Source: Cyanobacteria bacterium auto_48_18
GTDB taxonomy: Bacteria; Cyanobacteriota; Vampirovibrionia; Obscuribacterales; Obscuribacteraceae
Direction: 5' to 3'
DNA length: 64,000 nucleotides
Assembly: GCA_036170915.1 (NCBI GenBank)
Contig: JAVHQC010000016.1
Coordinates: 32,001 to 96,000, forward strand
Both the position numbers and the translations under genes were made by a program. The notes under the pieces are model-generated. The model did no database searches, was not told where the DNA came from, and worked only from the letters and a program-made list of their open reading frames with translations. Below are positions 1 to 8,486 of the stretch, in pieces (the stretch's first letter is position 1; every line of letters starts with the position of its first letter).

Positions 1-354
1 GAACTTCTGCGCGGTGCACCAGCTCTGGTGCCATTGCTTTCTCCTCTGCTCAATCGCGGGCCTGTAGCCGTGGGCGGCAATCATGACACTGTTTCGAGCA
101 TGGAAGAATCATTGCGCCGCAGCAGCACTCATTCGGTCTGTAGCTCAGGGCCAACCATGCGTATGCTGGTGGACCTCTCTGACGATGAAAAGTTCTATCA
201 GACTCTATCTCTTGGCCAGAGCGGCAATATGCTTTCATCTGCCAACGGCGATCAGTTGCGTGCCTGGTTAAATAACAAGCCACTGCCGGTTGCCTTCTCT
301 CCAGCCCTGGAAGAAAAGCTTTCCACTCACCGTTTACTTTTTACTGACCGTTAA
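1..354 (+). CDS. Penicillin acylase (Ntn-hydrolase) family protein, C-terminal part (5' end outside window)
   Basis: Frame is open from base 1. GPTMRMLVDLSD...GQSG...DQ..AW matches the C-terminal motif pattern of penicillin amidase beta chains. Confidence 0.75.
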   Translation, partial: ELLRGAPALVPLLSPLLNRGPVAVGGNHDTVSSMEESLRRSSTHSVCSSGPTMRMLVDLSDDEKFYQTLSLGQSGNMLSSANGDQLRAWLNNKPLPVAFSPALEEKLSTHRLLFTDR

Positions 355-361
355 GCTAATC

Positions 362-2752
362 GTGAAGACAGCAAAAAAATATTTGTCATCATTGCTGTGT
401 TTCTGCATCACTTCAGGCTTCATTATGCCTGCCACGGCTCAAGTTTTTACCGACCCTACACAGAAGTTTCGTCGCCCCACTGAAATTAAACTTACAGAAG
501 AAGCGCCAAAGCGTACGTTTGGCACGGCCAGTTTAAAAGACATGTTTCCACAAATGACCGTGGCTGCGCATCAACCGCAACCACTGACCTTGACCGGCAT
601 GAATCTGGATGGTTTGGGCGTCAAAAGCAGCAAAATGCTTGGTAACAATCATTTTGTGGTGGTGCAGGGCACCGCTTTTGATACCATGTCTGCGATATAT
701 AAATCAAATCGCGAGAGCGACAAAAGCAATTTCATTACTGCTGACCCTTTTGTGCATGCTTATTTTGCTTTTAATAATGCCATGGCATTTCGAGTTGTGA
801 GCGACACTCTTTATCCGGAATTGCGCACGCTCTTAATGGCTCTAATGGAATCTTGCGTCAAAGATTATCGCCTTTGCGAAATAGATGAAGTTAAAGATGA
901 TATTCAGCGCAATCTGGCCTTTATTATTGTCGCCCTCAAATTGCTCGATCCTAAGGTCGTATTACCTGATATGGGTGGTGCCAGCGACCTGGCCCGCAGT
1001 GAGATGGAGATTATTTCTCGCGGTAAAAAAGGGCGCTCTGTGATCTTTAACCGTGAAGAAGACTTCAGCTCTTTACGCCCCATGGGTCTTTATTTGCGTA
1101 GTGAGAAAACCGCAAATTATTTTCGCAGTGTGGCATGGCTTTCGCGCATGTATTTGACTTTGTCTGATGTCACCAACAATTCTGAGACTGGTGGCGGAAA
1201 TACGTTTCGCCGGGCACTTTTGCTCTACCGCGCTCTGGAATTAGGCCGCAGCAACCGCAGCGGCAAAGCAGCCGCTGCTGCCGGTGAGTCGCTCATGCCG
1301 GCCTGGCAGCGTATTTATGAAATCAGCCTGAGTATAAATCCAAGTTCGCTCACCCGAGAGCAGACAGTTTATCCGCGCGAACTAAAGAGCATGTTTCAAG
1401 CAGGCAATTTAGAATTTCGCGACATGTTACAAACACTGGCGCAACCTTTTTCTCGGGCTAGATTGCTGCTATCGATTAAAAAGCAGAAGCCGCAAGGTCT
1501 CGATGCCGCTTCTATTTTTGAAATGGAAAAAAATCGTGGTGCGGAAGAAAATTTGTTGGTGATGCGCTTTTTGCCGCCAGTAAACAGTTATGAATTAGAT
1601 TGGCTCAAGACGCAAACTGCTACTTACAGAGAAGAAGGCGAAGAAGGATTTATTTCGCCGCTGTCGTTGTTTATTCTTTATGCCTGGGGCTCTCCGGTGG
1701 CAAGCAATATTTTGCACTCCCTTAGTGATCGCATGGATCCTAGTTTGATCAATACGTTGCCCGAGTTGGTTCGAGTTGCCGGTAAGCGCCGAGTTGAAGC
1801 TGACCCCAATGCGCCAAACTGTCTGGCTGAGAAACGATGGGCAATTATCACAGAGTATTTTCGGCCGTTTAAGAAAAATTCGCTTTCTTGTTTGCTTTCA
1901 GAGCTATGGTATTGCCAGCATGTTCTAAGCGCTTCGGCGGCCTTTGCCGATTCATACACCGCATTTGATGCTCCCGCTGTTACTGCAAGTGCAACTGCGA
2001 CTACAACTGGTCAAGCTGCTGGCGCAAAGCCAGAATCTAAGCCCGAATCTAAGCCTGAGTCAAAGCCTGAAGTTAGCGCTGCAGCTCGCATGTTTGGTGC
2101 TGCCCGGCCTGCAGTCAGGCGTGCTTCTAACTTTCACTACCTTGAGCCTATGCCCGATTTATATCGCAAACTGGGCGCTTTGATGAGTATCACAGAAAAT
2201 GATTTGACCAGACTAAAATGTTTTCCTGAGGAGCGGCGCAAAAGGTCGGCCGACTATGTTCGTCTTCTGGATCGCCTGGCAAAAATTGCTGATCAAGAAT
2301 TAGCCGTACAGCCTCTTAACGAGGTCGACTTTAAATTGCTTGCTAACATAGATCAGATATTAAGCGCTATCGGCTCACCAGTGCCGGGTAGCATCTACGT
2401 GCCTGGTATCGGGGCCGGTGCTGCCAGCATGGGGCCAGGCGACGCTGGTGTGGTCAATGCCATCTTCAGTACTACTCAAGGTGCCTATCTCAGTCGCGGC
2501 GCTGTCTACACTTATTATGAAATTGCTGGCGGGCCATTTAAGCAAGCACACTGGGAGCGCAAAAAACAATTTGGTTTTTTGCGGCCTCCAGGATGGATAA
2601 CTGCAGCCGATATTATTTCTGACGCCAATAAGCCTAACGCCAATAATTCTAGTCTTCAAACCAATGGCACTAAGTCTGGTATCACCAAGACTGACGGGTC
2701 GTTAAAACCTCCAGAATCACTTGATACAAATGCAGTTAAACCCAGTATATAA
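362..2752 (+). CDS. DUF3160-family exported protein
   Basis: Signal-peptide-like N-terminus from GTG 362 (track ORF extends to 290). NFITAD..H, YFRSVAWL, YLEP.PD.Y, RGAVYTYYE and RPPGW segments resemble DUF3160 proteins. Confidence 0.65.
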   Translation: MKTAKKYLSSLLCFCITSGFIMPATAQVFTDPTQKFRRPTEIKLTEEAPKRTFGTASLKDMFPQMTVAAHQPQPLTLTGMNLDGLGVKSSKMLGNNHFVVVQGTAFDTMSAIYKSNRESDKSNFITADPFVHAYFAFNNAMAFRVVSDTLYPELRTLLMALMESCVKDYRLCEIDEVKDDIQRNLAFIIVALKLLDPKVVLPDMGGASDLARSEMEIISRGKKGRSVIFNREEDFSSLRPMGLYLRSEKTANYFRSVAWLSRMYLTLSDVTNNSETGGGNTFRRALLLYRALELGRSNRSGKAAAAAGESLMPAWQRIYEISLSINPSSLTREQTVYPRELKSMFQAGNLEFRDMLQTLAQPFSRARLLLSIKKQKPQGLDAASIFEMEKNRGAEENLLVMRFLPPVNSYELDWLKTQTATYREEGEEGFISPLSLFILYAWGSPVASNILHSLSDRMDPSLINTLPELVRVAGKRRVEADPNAPNCLAEKRWAIITEYFRPFKKNSLSCLLSELWYCQHVLSASAAFADSYTAFDAPAVTASATATTTGQAAGAKPESKPESKPESKPEVSAAARMFGAARPAVRRASNFHYLEPMPDLYRKLGALMSITENDLTRLKCFPEERRKRSADYVRLLDRLAKIADQELAVQPLNEVDFKLLANIDQILSAIGSPVPGSIYVPGIGAGAASMGPGDAGVVNAIFSTTQGAYLSRGAVYTYYEIAGGPFKQAHWERKKQFGFLRPPGWITAADIISDANKPNANNSSLQTNGTKSGITKTDGSLKPPESLDTNAVKPSI
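2027..2071 (+). repeat. 12-bp coding tandem repeat (KPES x3 + KPE)
   Basis: aagccagaatct aagcccgaatct aagcctgagtca aagcctgaa. Confidence 0.85.
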
Positions 2753-2760
2753 AGGAACGC

Positions 2761-3483
2761 ATGACAAAGAAGCATATGACCAAAAAGCACTTTCTCTTTC
2801 GCTCTACCTTGATTGTATCGTTGGTCTGTCAGGTCAATATGAGCGTAACGAGCGCTCCGGCCATTGCTGATGGTCTTAGCTCCATGCCTGGCTCAACGCC
2901 TGGCTCAACAGCAGGCTCAACGGCAGCTACTGCACAACTTCTACCTGAAGATGACTTCAAGGGTGAACTGCGCGATTTACACGAGAACTTAAGACGCATA
3001 GAAAGCTCGCTTCGAGATCTGGAGCGAGAGGCAGGACGAAGGCAGATGGTGGCTAATCCACTAAGTAATAACGATGCCGTCATTGCCGACCCCTGGAGTG
3101 CTTTCACTCCAGCCAGTGCCGCTATGCTAATGAACGACAGTGTTCGACCAGGCCCTTATTTGAAATGCCGAGCTGCTTTTCTCAATCAGTCACTCAGCTC
3201 CATAGACACCTCTGTAGCCGCTGTGCAACTTAATACCAAACAGTTGACCACACTTAAGCATCAATTGACCGCAGGCTCCAAGAAAAATCTTTCAAAAGCC
3301 GCCGTAGACCTTGACGTGATGCGCGACGCTGTAGCCGACTTCAATCAAAAGCTGGTTGCTTTAAAACAACTTTGTTCTGCCGATCCGCCTGATAATGTGT
3401 TGATACTTACAGCCGTGCATACCTTGCAACAGACTGTCGATGGTATCGATACGGTGGGCAAGCGACTGTGGAAAGTTGAATAA
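2761..3483 (+). CDS. Hypothetical exported helical protein
   Basis: 240-aa ORF with AAGGA RBS, signal-peptide-like N-terminus and coiled-coil character. Confidence 0.7.
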   Translation: MTKKHMTKKHFLFRSTLIVSLVCQVNMSVTSAPAIADGLSSMPGSTPGSTAGSTAATAQLLPEDDFKGELRDLHENLRRIESSLRDLEREAGRRQMVANPLSNNDAVIADPWSAFTPASAAMLMNDSVRPGPYLKCRAAFLNQSLSSIDTSVAAVQLNTKQLTTLKHQLTAGSKKNLSKAAVDLDVMRDAVADFNQKLVALKQLCSADPPDNVLILTAVHTLQQTVDGIDTVGKRLWKVE

Positions 3484-3666
3484 TAGAATTTGTACCCTAA
3501 CTTATTTCGTTTTATTAAAGCGACGTAAAGCCGGGCTGGTAGCCCTTCGCTATCGTTTAATCAAATGTATATCTTATCGCTCACTTGTCAATGCGTTCAA
3601 ACATCACTACCATGCTGGCTTAGATGGTTTACCCCTTTCGAATCTGTAGACAATATTTAGAATCCC

Positions 3667-4644
3667 ATGATCGATTTAACTGCCCCCACCTCGGTTACTC
3701 CTGTTATTAGCCCGGTTTCTTCCCGCAAGACCTTAACTACAGAAGAGATAATTTGTCCGGCTCCAGAGCCTGAGCGAGCGGCAGAGTCTGCCACTGTTCA
3801 AGTGGAGTTGAGACAGGCTGTGGATTATTTTAAGATGGCCATGGAGTATTTGACTCAAGGTCGTTTTGATGATGCCGAAGAGCTTTACCGCATGGCTCTC
3901 AATGTCTCTGAGACAGCCATGGGTTCGGCCAACCCTGCCATCATTGGACATCTTGAAGAGCTGGCCAATTTTTATGTCGGTCGAGCTAAGTTTGAAGCAG
4001 CAGAACCTTATCTCAAGCGCATCTATGCATTGAGAATCAGTAGCGACCAGAATCAGTTGTCTGATTATTTTGATCTCGCCGACACTGTAGAAAAGCTATC
4101 AACAGTGTTTGAGCGCACCGGCCGTTCATCTGAAGGCGAGAAGCTATTTTTAGCACTTTTGCGCAGTCAAGAAAAACTCAAAGGCGGGCTAGACGAAACC
4201 ACTCTTGATGTTTTGAACCGACTTGGTGCCTTTTACCTGCGCACCGGAGTTTATGCAGCGGCCAGAGCAGTTTTCGAAGAATTGCTTGATATTCAAAGTG
4301 CAACTACAGCAGTCAGTGCTGAAGTAGCTGCGGTGCTTGCCAATCTTTCTGTAGTCTACGGTAAGCTTGAATTGCACATGGAGCAAATTGCAGTTCTAGA
4401 GCGCCAGGTAGATGTGCTTGATACCATTCATGGTGGCAGTGGGCTTTCGCTGGCAGCAGCATTAACCAGATTAGCTGATGTGCTTTCCGGAGCTGTGCGC
4501 GTCACCGGATGTAGTGACATTTTAGAAAAAGCTGAGCTTATTTATCGCCGCGCGCTCACCATATATGAAAAGCATTATGGACCTTCCACGGCCACTGTTG
4601 AAGGCTTGCGCTTGCGTTTAAAGAGTCTTGCACGCAAAGACTAA
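3667..4644 (+). CDS. Tetratricopeptide-repeat protein (kinesin-light-chain-like TPRs)
   Basis: Repeated G...AE.LY..AL...E...G..P and L..LA..Y motifs. Confidence 0.85.
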   Translation: MIDLTAPTSVTPVISPVSSRKTLTTEEIICPAPEPERAAESATVQVELRQAVDYFKMAMEYLTQGRFDDAEELYRMALNVSETAMGSANPAIIGHLEELANFYVGRAKFEAAEPYLKRIYALRISSDQNQLSDYFDLADTVEKLSTVFERTGRSSEGEKLFLALLRSQEKLKGGLDETTLDVLNRLGAFYLRTGVYAAARAVFEELLDIQSATTAVSAEVAAVLANLSVVYGKLELHMEQIAVLERQVDVLDTIHGGSGLSLAAALTRLADVLSGAVRVTGCSDILEKAELIYRRALTIYEKHYGPSTATVEGLRLRLKSLARKD

Positions 4645-6020
4645 GAGTTATCTTTATCTTTGCTGGCCTTTTCTTCTTTATCTTCGTGTTTGTCTTGATC
4701 GATCAAACCTTTTGAAAATTCAGTCTTACCCGCTGCTTTTCTTACTGGTTGTGGTGCGGTCGGATACATTTTAAAGGAGCCGTCAATAAAGCCCAATTGC
4801 AGCTTGCCGTCTACGTCTTGATAGTATTGCTGCAAAATGCGATCAAATGTCCAGCCGCGTTTGGCAAACATATTGGCGCCATGTTGGCTGAGACCGCGGG
4901 CGCCATTGCCATGGCCCCGATAAGTGAAGACCCAGTTTGAACCTTCGTCATGTACGTCTAAAATTCCGGCGGTGGCAAAATTCAACATGCGCGCCAGGGC
5001 AATGCCATCTACCTCGCGGCTGTTTCTCACGCCCATAACTTGTATGTGGCTGGCGTTGCCGGTGGCATTCCATTGCTTGACAGTGACGCCGACGATGCCC
5101 TTAATGCCTGTGATTTGTTCAAGATGACTTTGCGAAACAGCGCTCTTTTTGATATTGAGATTTTCCATTTCGTCGCCAACCCAGGCGCGATAAAATCCGG
5201 GTTTAACTTTGTCGGCATTTTTCAAAATCAAGCCGCGAGTTTGAAAAACCGCTGCCAGTGTTGATGGTGCTTCGGCCGCAAGCCCCTTGTAGGCCTGGTC
5301 GCGCACGTCAGGCACCATATCAAAGCCTTCGCTTTTCCATTTTGAACCTTTGCCCATGTGTGCATAGGCGTAGCTACGCGCCGCCACAGCCTGACACTTC
5401 AAAGCTTCGGGCTGCCAGCTGGAAGGCATTTCAGATGGCACCACACCTTGCAAATAATCTTCTAAATCGAGCAGATTAATGGCGGTTACGTATGTCGGCA
5501 TGTTGATGACTTCCAGACAACCGCGCCACCAGCGGTTTACAGTCCAGACTCGATAATCGGGAGCCGATATGTGACAGCGCTGATCATATGGCAGTGTGCA
5601 ACTGCGACCGGTACCAAGTTCTGTAATTTTGCCGGGCGTGATGGTGTAAACCATGCGCGGTTCCAGGGCGAAAATTGGCATTCCGTTAACAAAAACTGCA
5701 CCCTGTTGCCAGATGGCTACGCGAATAGCCGAACTTTTTGTGCTCAGGCCGATGCGCACCGGGTGAATCATAGGCGGATAGGGCAAAAATGAATTGATTA
5801 CAGGTGGAACAGTTGTAGGCTGGACTGCTCTAGTTGATGTCGCTCGTGGCTGAGTTTTTGCCACTGCCTTGCTGCCGCTCTTTGCATCAGTGGCGCCACT
5901 GGCCGAAAGCAGAGTGGATAACACTACCAGGGCACACAAAATCAAATTTTTATTTTGCTGGAAACGCACAAGAGTTATCGACCGTCGAGATAGAGTTCTT
6001 ATTGTACTGAACATTGGCAC
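4641..6020 (-). CDS. SpoIID/LytB domain protein (peptidoglycan lytic transglycosylase family)
   Basis: LEDYLQGVVPSEMP..W..EALK.QAVAARSYA, DQAY and GHG.GLSQHGA...ILQQYY motifs. Start codon uncertain. Confidence 0.9.
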   Translation of the reverse strand: MPMFSTIRTLSRRSITLVRFQQNKNLILCALVVLSTLLSASGATDAKSGSKAVAKTQPRATSTRAVQPTTVPPVINSFLPYPPMIHPVRIGLSTKSSAIRVAIWQQGAVFVNGMPIFALEPRMVYTITPGKITELGTGRSCTLPYDQRCHISAPDYRVWTVNRWWRGCLEVINMPTYVTAINLLDLEDYLQGVVPSEMPSSWQPEALKCQAVAARSYAYAHMGKGSKWKSEGFDMVPDVRDQAYKGLAAEAPSTLAAVFQTRGLILKNADKVKPGFYRAWVGDEMENLNIKKSAVSQSHLEQITGIKGIVGVTVKQWNATGNASHIQVMGVRNSREVDGIALARMLNFATAGILDVHDEGSNWVFTYRGHGNGARGLSQHGANMFAKRGWTFDRILQQYYQDVDGKLQLGFIDGSFKMYPTAPQPVRKAAGKTEFSKGLIDQDKHEDKEEKASKDKDNS

Positions 6021-6176
6021 AACTTACTGAAATCCCGTCCAATTCAAGCATGTGATTATCTATAGGTGTCTTGAAAACTCCGCCGCCTCGTGACCTATAT
6101 ATTGGCAAGAGTCTACTAGCAAGACTCCAATACCTAGACTCTAATAGCGAGAGTTTAATTGCAGGAGTGATACTAT

Positions 6177-6890
6177 GTGGATCCCAATTTCAACCGGTTT
6201 GGCCCATTGAAGAAACTACTAATAGTCGATGATGAAGTAGATATCGCAACCAGCATTCAATACGTGCTGAATCAAGAAGGATTTTCTACTTTATTAGCCC
6301 ACGACGGTATCAAAGCCATTCAGTTATTCGAGCATGAAAAACCAGATCTGGTCATTCTCGATTTGATGATGCCTGGTCTTGATGGATACGAAGTCTGTCG
6401 TCGAGTGCGCGCTTTCGATAAACGCACGCCCATATTGATGCTCACCGCTCGCACGTCTGAAATTGACACCGTGGTCGGTCTCGAGCTTGGTGCCAACGAT
6501 TACATCGCCAAACCCGTGCGATTGCGCGAACTGGTGGCCAGGGTCAAAGCGCATCTGCGCGAAACTCCTCAGGTTCAGGAAGTTACCAAAGGCATTCGCC
6601 TGGGCGATTTGTTCATCGACACTGATAGCCGCACGGTGCTGGTGGGCGAAAAATCCATTGACCTGACTTTTAAAGAGTTCGAATTGCTTTTGGCCATGGC
6701 CAGGCAACCCAATCGAGTCTTTTCCCGCGATCAACTCTTCCAGGGGGTCTGGGGTTCCGATTTTCTAGGCGAGAGCCGTACCGTCGATGTGCACATCAGA
6801 TATTTGCGGGAAAAATTAGAAGCCAACCCCAGTGCTCCGAAGCATATTTTGACGGTGCGCGGCGTCGGCTATCGATTGGTTTGGGACTGA
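6177..6890 (+). CDS. OmpR/PhoB-family DNA-binding response regulator
   Basis: LIVDDE, LDLMMP and KP receiver motifs; winged helix LTFKEFELL...SRTVDVHIRYLREKLE...TVRGVGY. Confidence 0.95.
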   Translation: MDPNFNRFGPLKKLLIVDDEVDIATSIQYVLNQEGFSTLLAHDGIKAIQLFEHEKPDLVILDLMMPGLDGYEVCRRVRAFDKRTPILMLTARTSEIDTVVGLELGANDYIAKPVRLRELVARVKAHLRETPQVQEVTKGIRLGDLFIDTDSRTVLVGEKSIDLTFKEFELLLAMARQPNRVFSRDQLFQGVWGSDFLGESRTVDVHIRYLREKLEANPSAPKHILTVRGVGYRLVWD

Positions 6891-7073
6891 GTAAGTAACA
6901 TTAATAATTGCTCCATGGGAGTTCTCCCACTGGGTCAACGAAGAATGGGCACTTCTGTAAGCGGTTTGCGTATTCTTCCCAGTGACAGGTGCGGTGAGGT
7001 TTCATAGACTAAAGCAGTCGATTGTTATGTTCGGCAACAAACAACCTACTTTCTTTGGCGAATCAGGTATCAG

Positions 7074-8309
7074 ATGAAATCACATGCATTTTTAGTTGGC
7101 GTGAACGTAGCGGCGAGTCTTCCGCTGGTATTCACACAGCAAGCCATGGCCGACGGTGGCATGAGCTCCACGGCGAGTTTCCTCAAAGCGGCCGTAGCTG
7201 AAAAAGCCACAGCTCACGCTCTCAGCGATCCTCATGCTGTTGCCAGTTTTAAGTCTTCGAAAAGGTCTTTGCCAATCAAGCGCGATTTCAGCAGCGCCAG
7301 CTTCTCTGAGCCACGGGCGGTGCAAACCAGACTGGCCATGACCCCGATTGCCGGATCCGTTAAATTGCGCCCATTCGTGCCTGGTAGAAAATTACCGAGC
7401 CGTTCCGAGTTGCAAGCGCAAATGCCTCAACTCGATAACAGCAATCAGCCTAATCTCTCCGCCACCATTAATGAATCAAGTTTTGCCGCACAGCCAGCCC
7501 AGAATGATTCTAATTATTCAGCACCCGGCTACAACTCCTATCGCTCGCAGCAACTAAACACAGCGCAAAACCGCAACCGTCTGCGTCAAGCTGCTGATTG
7601 TGTCGCAGGCTTCCAGCGCAAGAACGCAGCTCGCTCCGTTCCAGGGCAGTCACCATCGACTCCCGGTCAGGTTGGTTTCCCTTGTGCACAACAAGCTGTA
7701 GCTCACATGCCTGCCAGCAAAGCAGCCCCGTCTGAAGCTGAATGGACTCAAATGGCTCGCAATGCCGCCAACGGTTCCACCACTGAAAGTGAAGCCGAGC
7801 AAATGGCCAGCTTACAAGCTGAATTTGCCGCCAGCCAGCCACAATCGCATGCTACAGCAGGACCAGCGCCATTCCCGCTCAGCTTAATTCCTGAGGCTTC
7901 ACTGAAACAGTTGATCGGCAGCAGTGCTAAGTCTGCTCCAGCTGCTGGTGGAAGCTCTATGAATGGAAGCTCTATGAATGGAAGTTCAATGCACGCTCAA
8001 AAAGCCATGACTCCGAGTTATTTTGGCTCGTGGCACGGCAGTCAGCATGCCCCTGCACAAGGTCACGCTCACAGCAATTTGCAACCATCAGGTTTCCACA
8101 CTTATCTGGCAGGAGCTGGTAACAGCACCGGTCGCAGTGGAAGAGTAGTCTCAGCCAGCGCCTTCAAGTCTTACGCGCCAATGGCTTACAAAGCTACGCG
8201 CCGCAGCGCTCCGCACATTGCTGCTGTGGTGAAAAAGACTGCACCGGCTCACTCTGCTCCGGTGGTCGCCACCTACGGTACCTACCACTCAACACCTACT
8301 GCACTGTAA
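7074..8309 (+). CDS. Hypothetical exported low-complexity (Ala/Ser/Gln/Pro-rich) protein
   Basis: 411-aa ORF with a signal peptide ending AMA-D, biased codon usage, a GSSMN tandem repeat and a downstream terminator. Confidence 0.75.
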   Translation: MKSHAFLVGVNVAASLPLVFTQQAMADGGMSSTASFLKAAVAEKATAHALSDPHAVASFKSSKRSLPIKRDFSSASFSEPRAVQTRLAMTPIAGSVKLRPFVPGRKLPSRSELQAQMPQLDNSNQPNLSATINESSFAAQPAQNDSNYSAPGYNSYRSQQLNTAQNRNRLRQAADCVAGFQRKNAARSVPGQSPSTPGQVGFPCAQQAVAHMPASKAAPSEAEWTQMARNAANGSTTESEAEQMASLQAEFAASQPQSHATAGPAPFPLSLIPEASLKQLIGSSAKSAPAAGGSSMNGSSMNGSSMHAQKAMTPSYFGSWHGSQHAPAQGHAHSNLQPSGFHTYLAGAGNSTGRSGRVVSASAFKSYAPMAYKATRRSAPHIAAVVKKTAPAHSAPVVATYGTYHSTPTAL

Positions 8310-8333
8310 TTAATTTTCAGAGCATCAATCTTT

Positions 8334-8360
8334 AGAGGCGCCCGGCGCCTCTTTTGCTTT
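8334..8360 (+). terminator. Intrinsic terminator
   Basis: AGAGGCGC-ccg-GCGCCTCT hairpin followed by TTTGCTTT, 25 bp after the stop at 8309. Confidence 0.75.
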
Positions 8361-8486
8361 GCGGACCAAATTTAAGGTCATTTACTAACTTGTCGAAAAA
8401 GCAGCGTGGACGGATACATATATAGGTAAGCTGCTTAGCCAAAGCAACAGTTTTTAAGAAGGTACAATGATTTCACTGGTAGGCAC

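Noticed and set aside
3511..3565. Irregular intergenic hairpin (GGGCT/AGCCC core)
   Set aside because: It is weak and interrupted, consistent with an ordinary 3' stem-loop. I recognised no known RNA motif.
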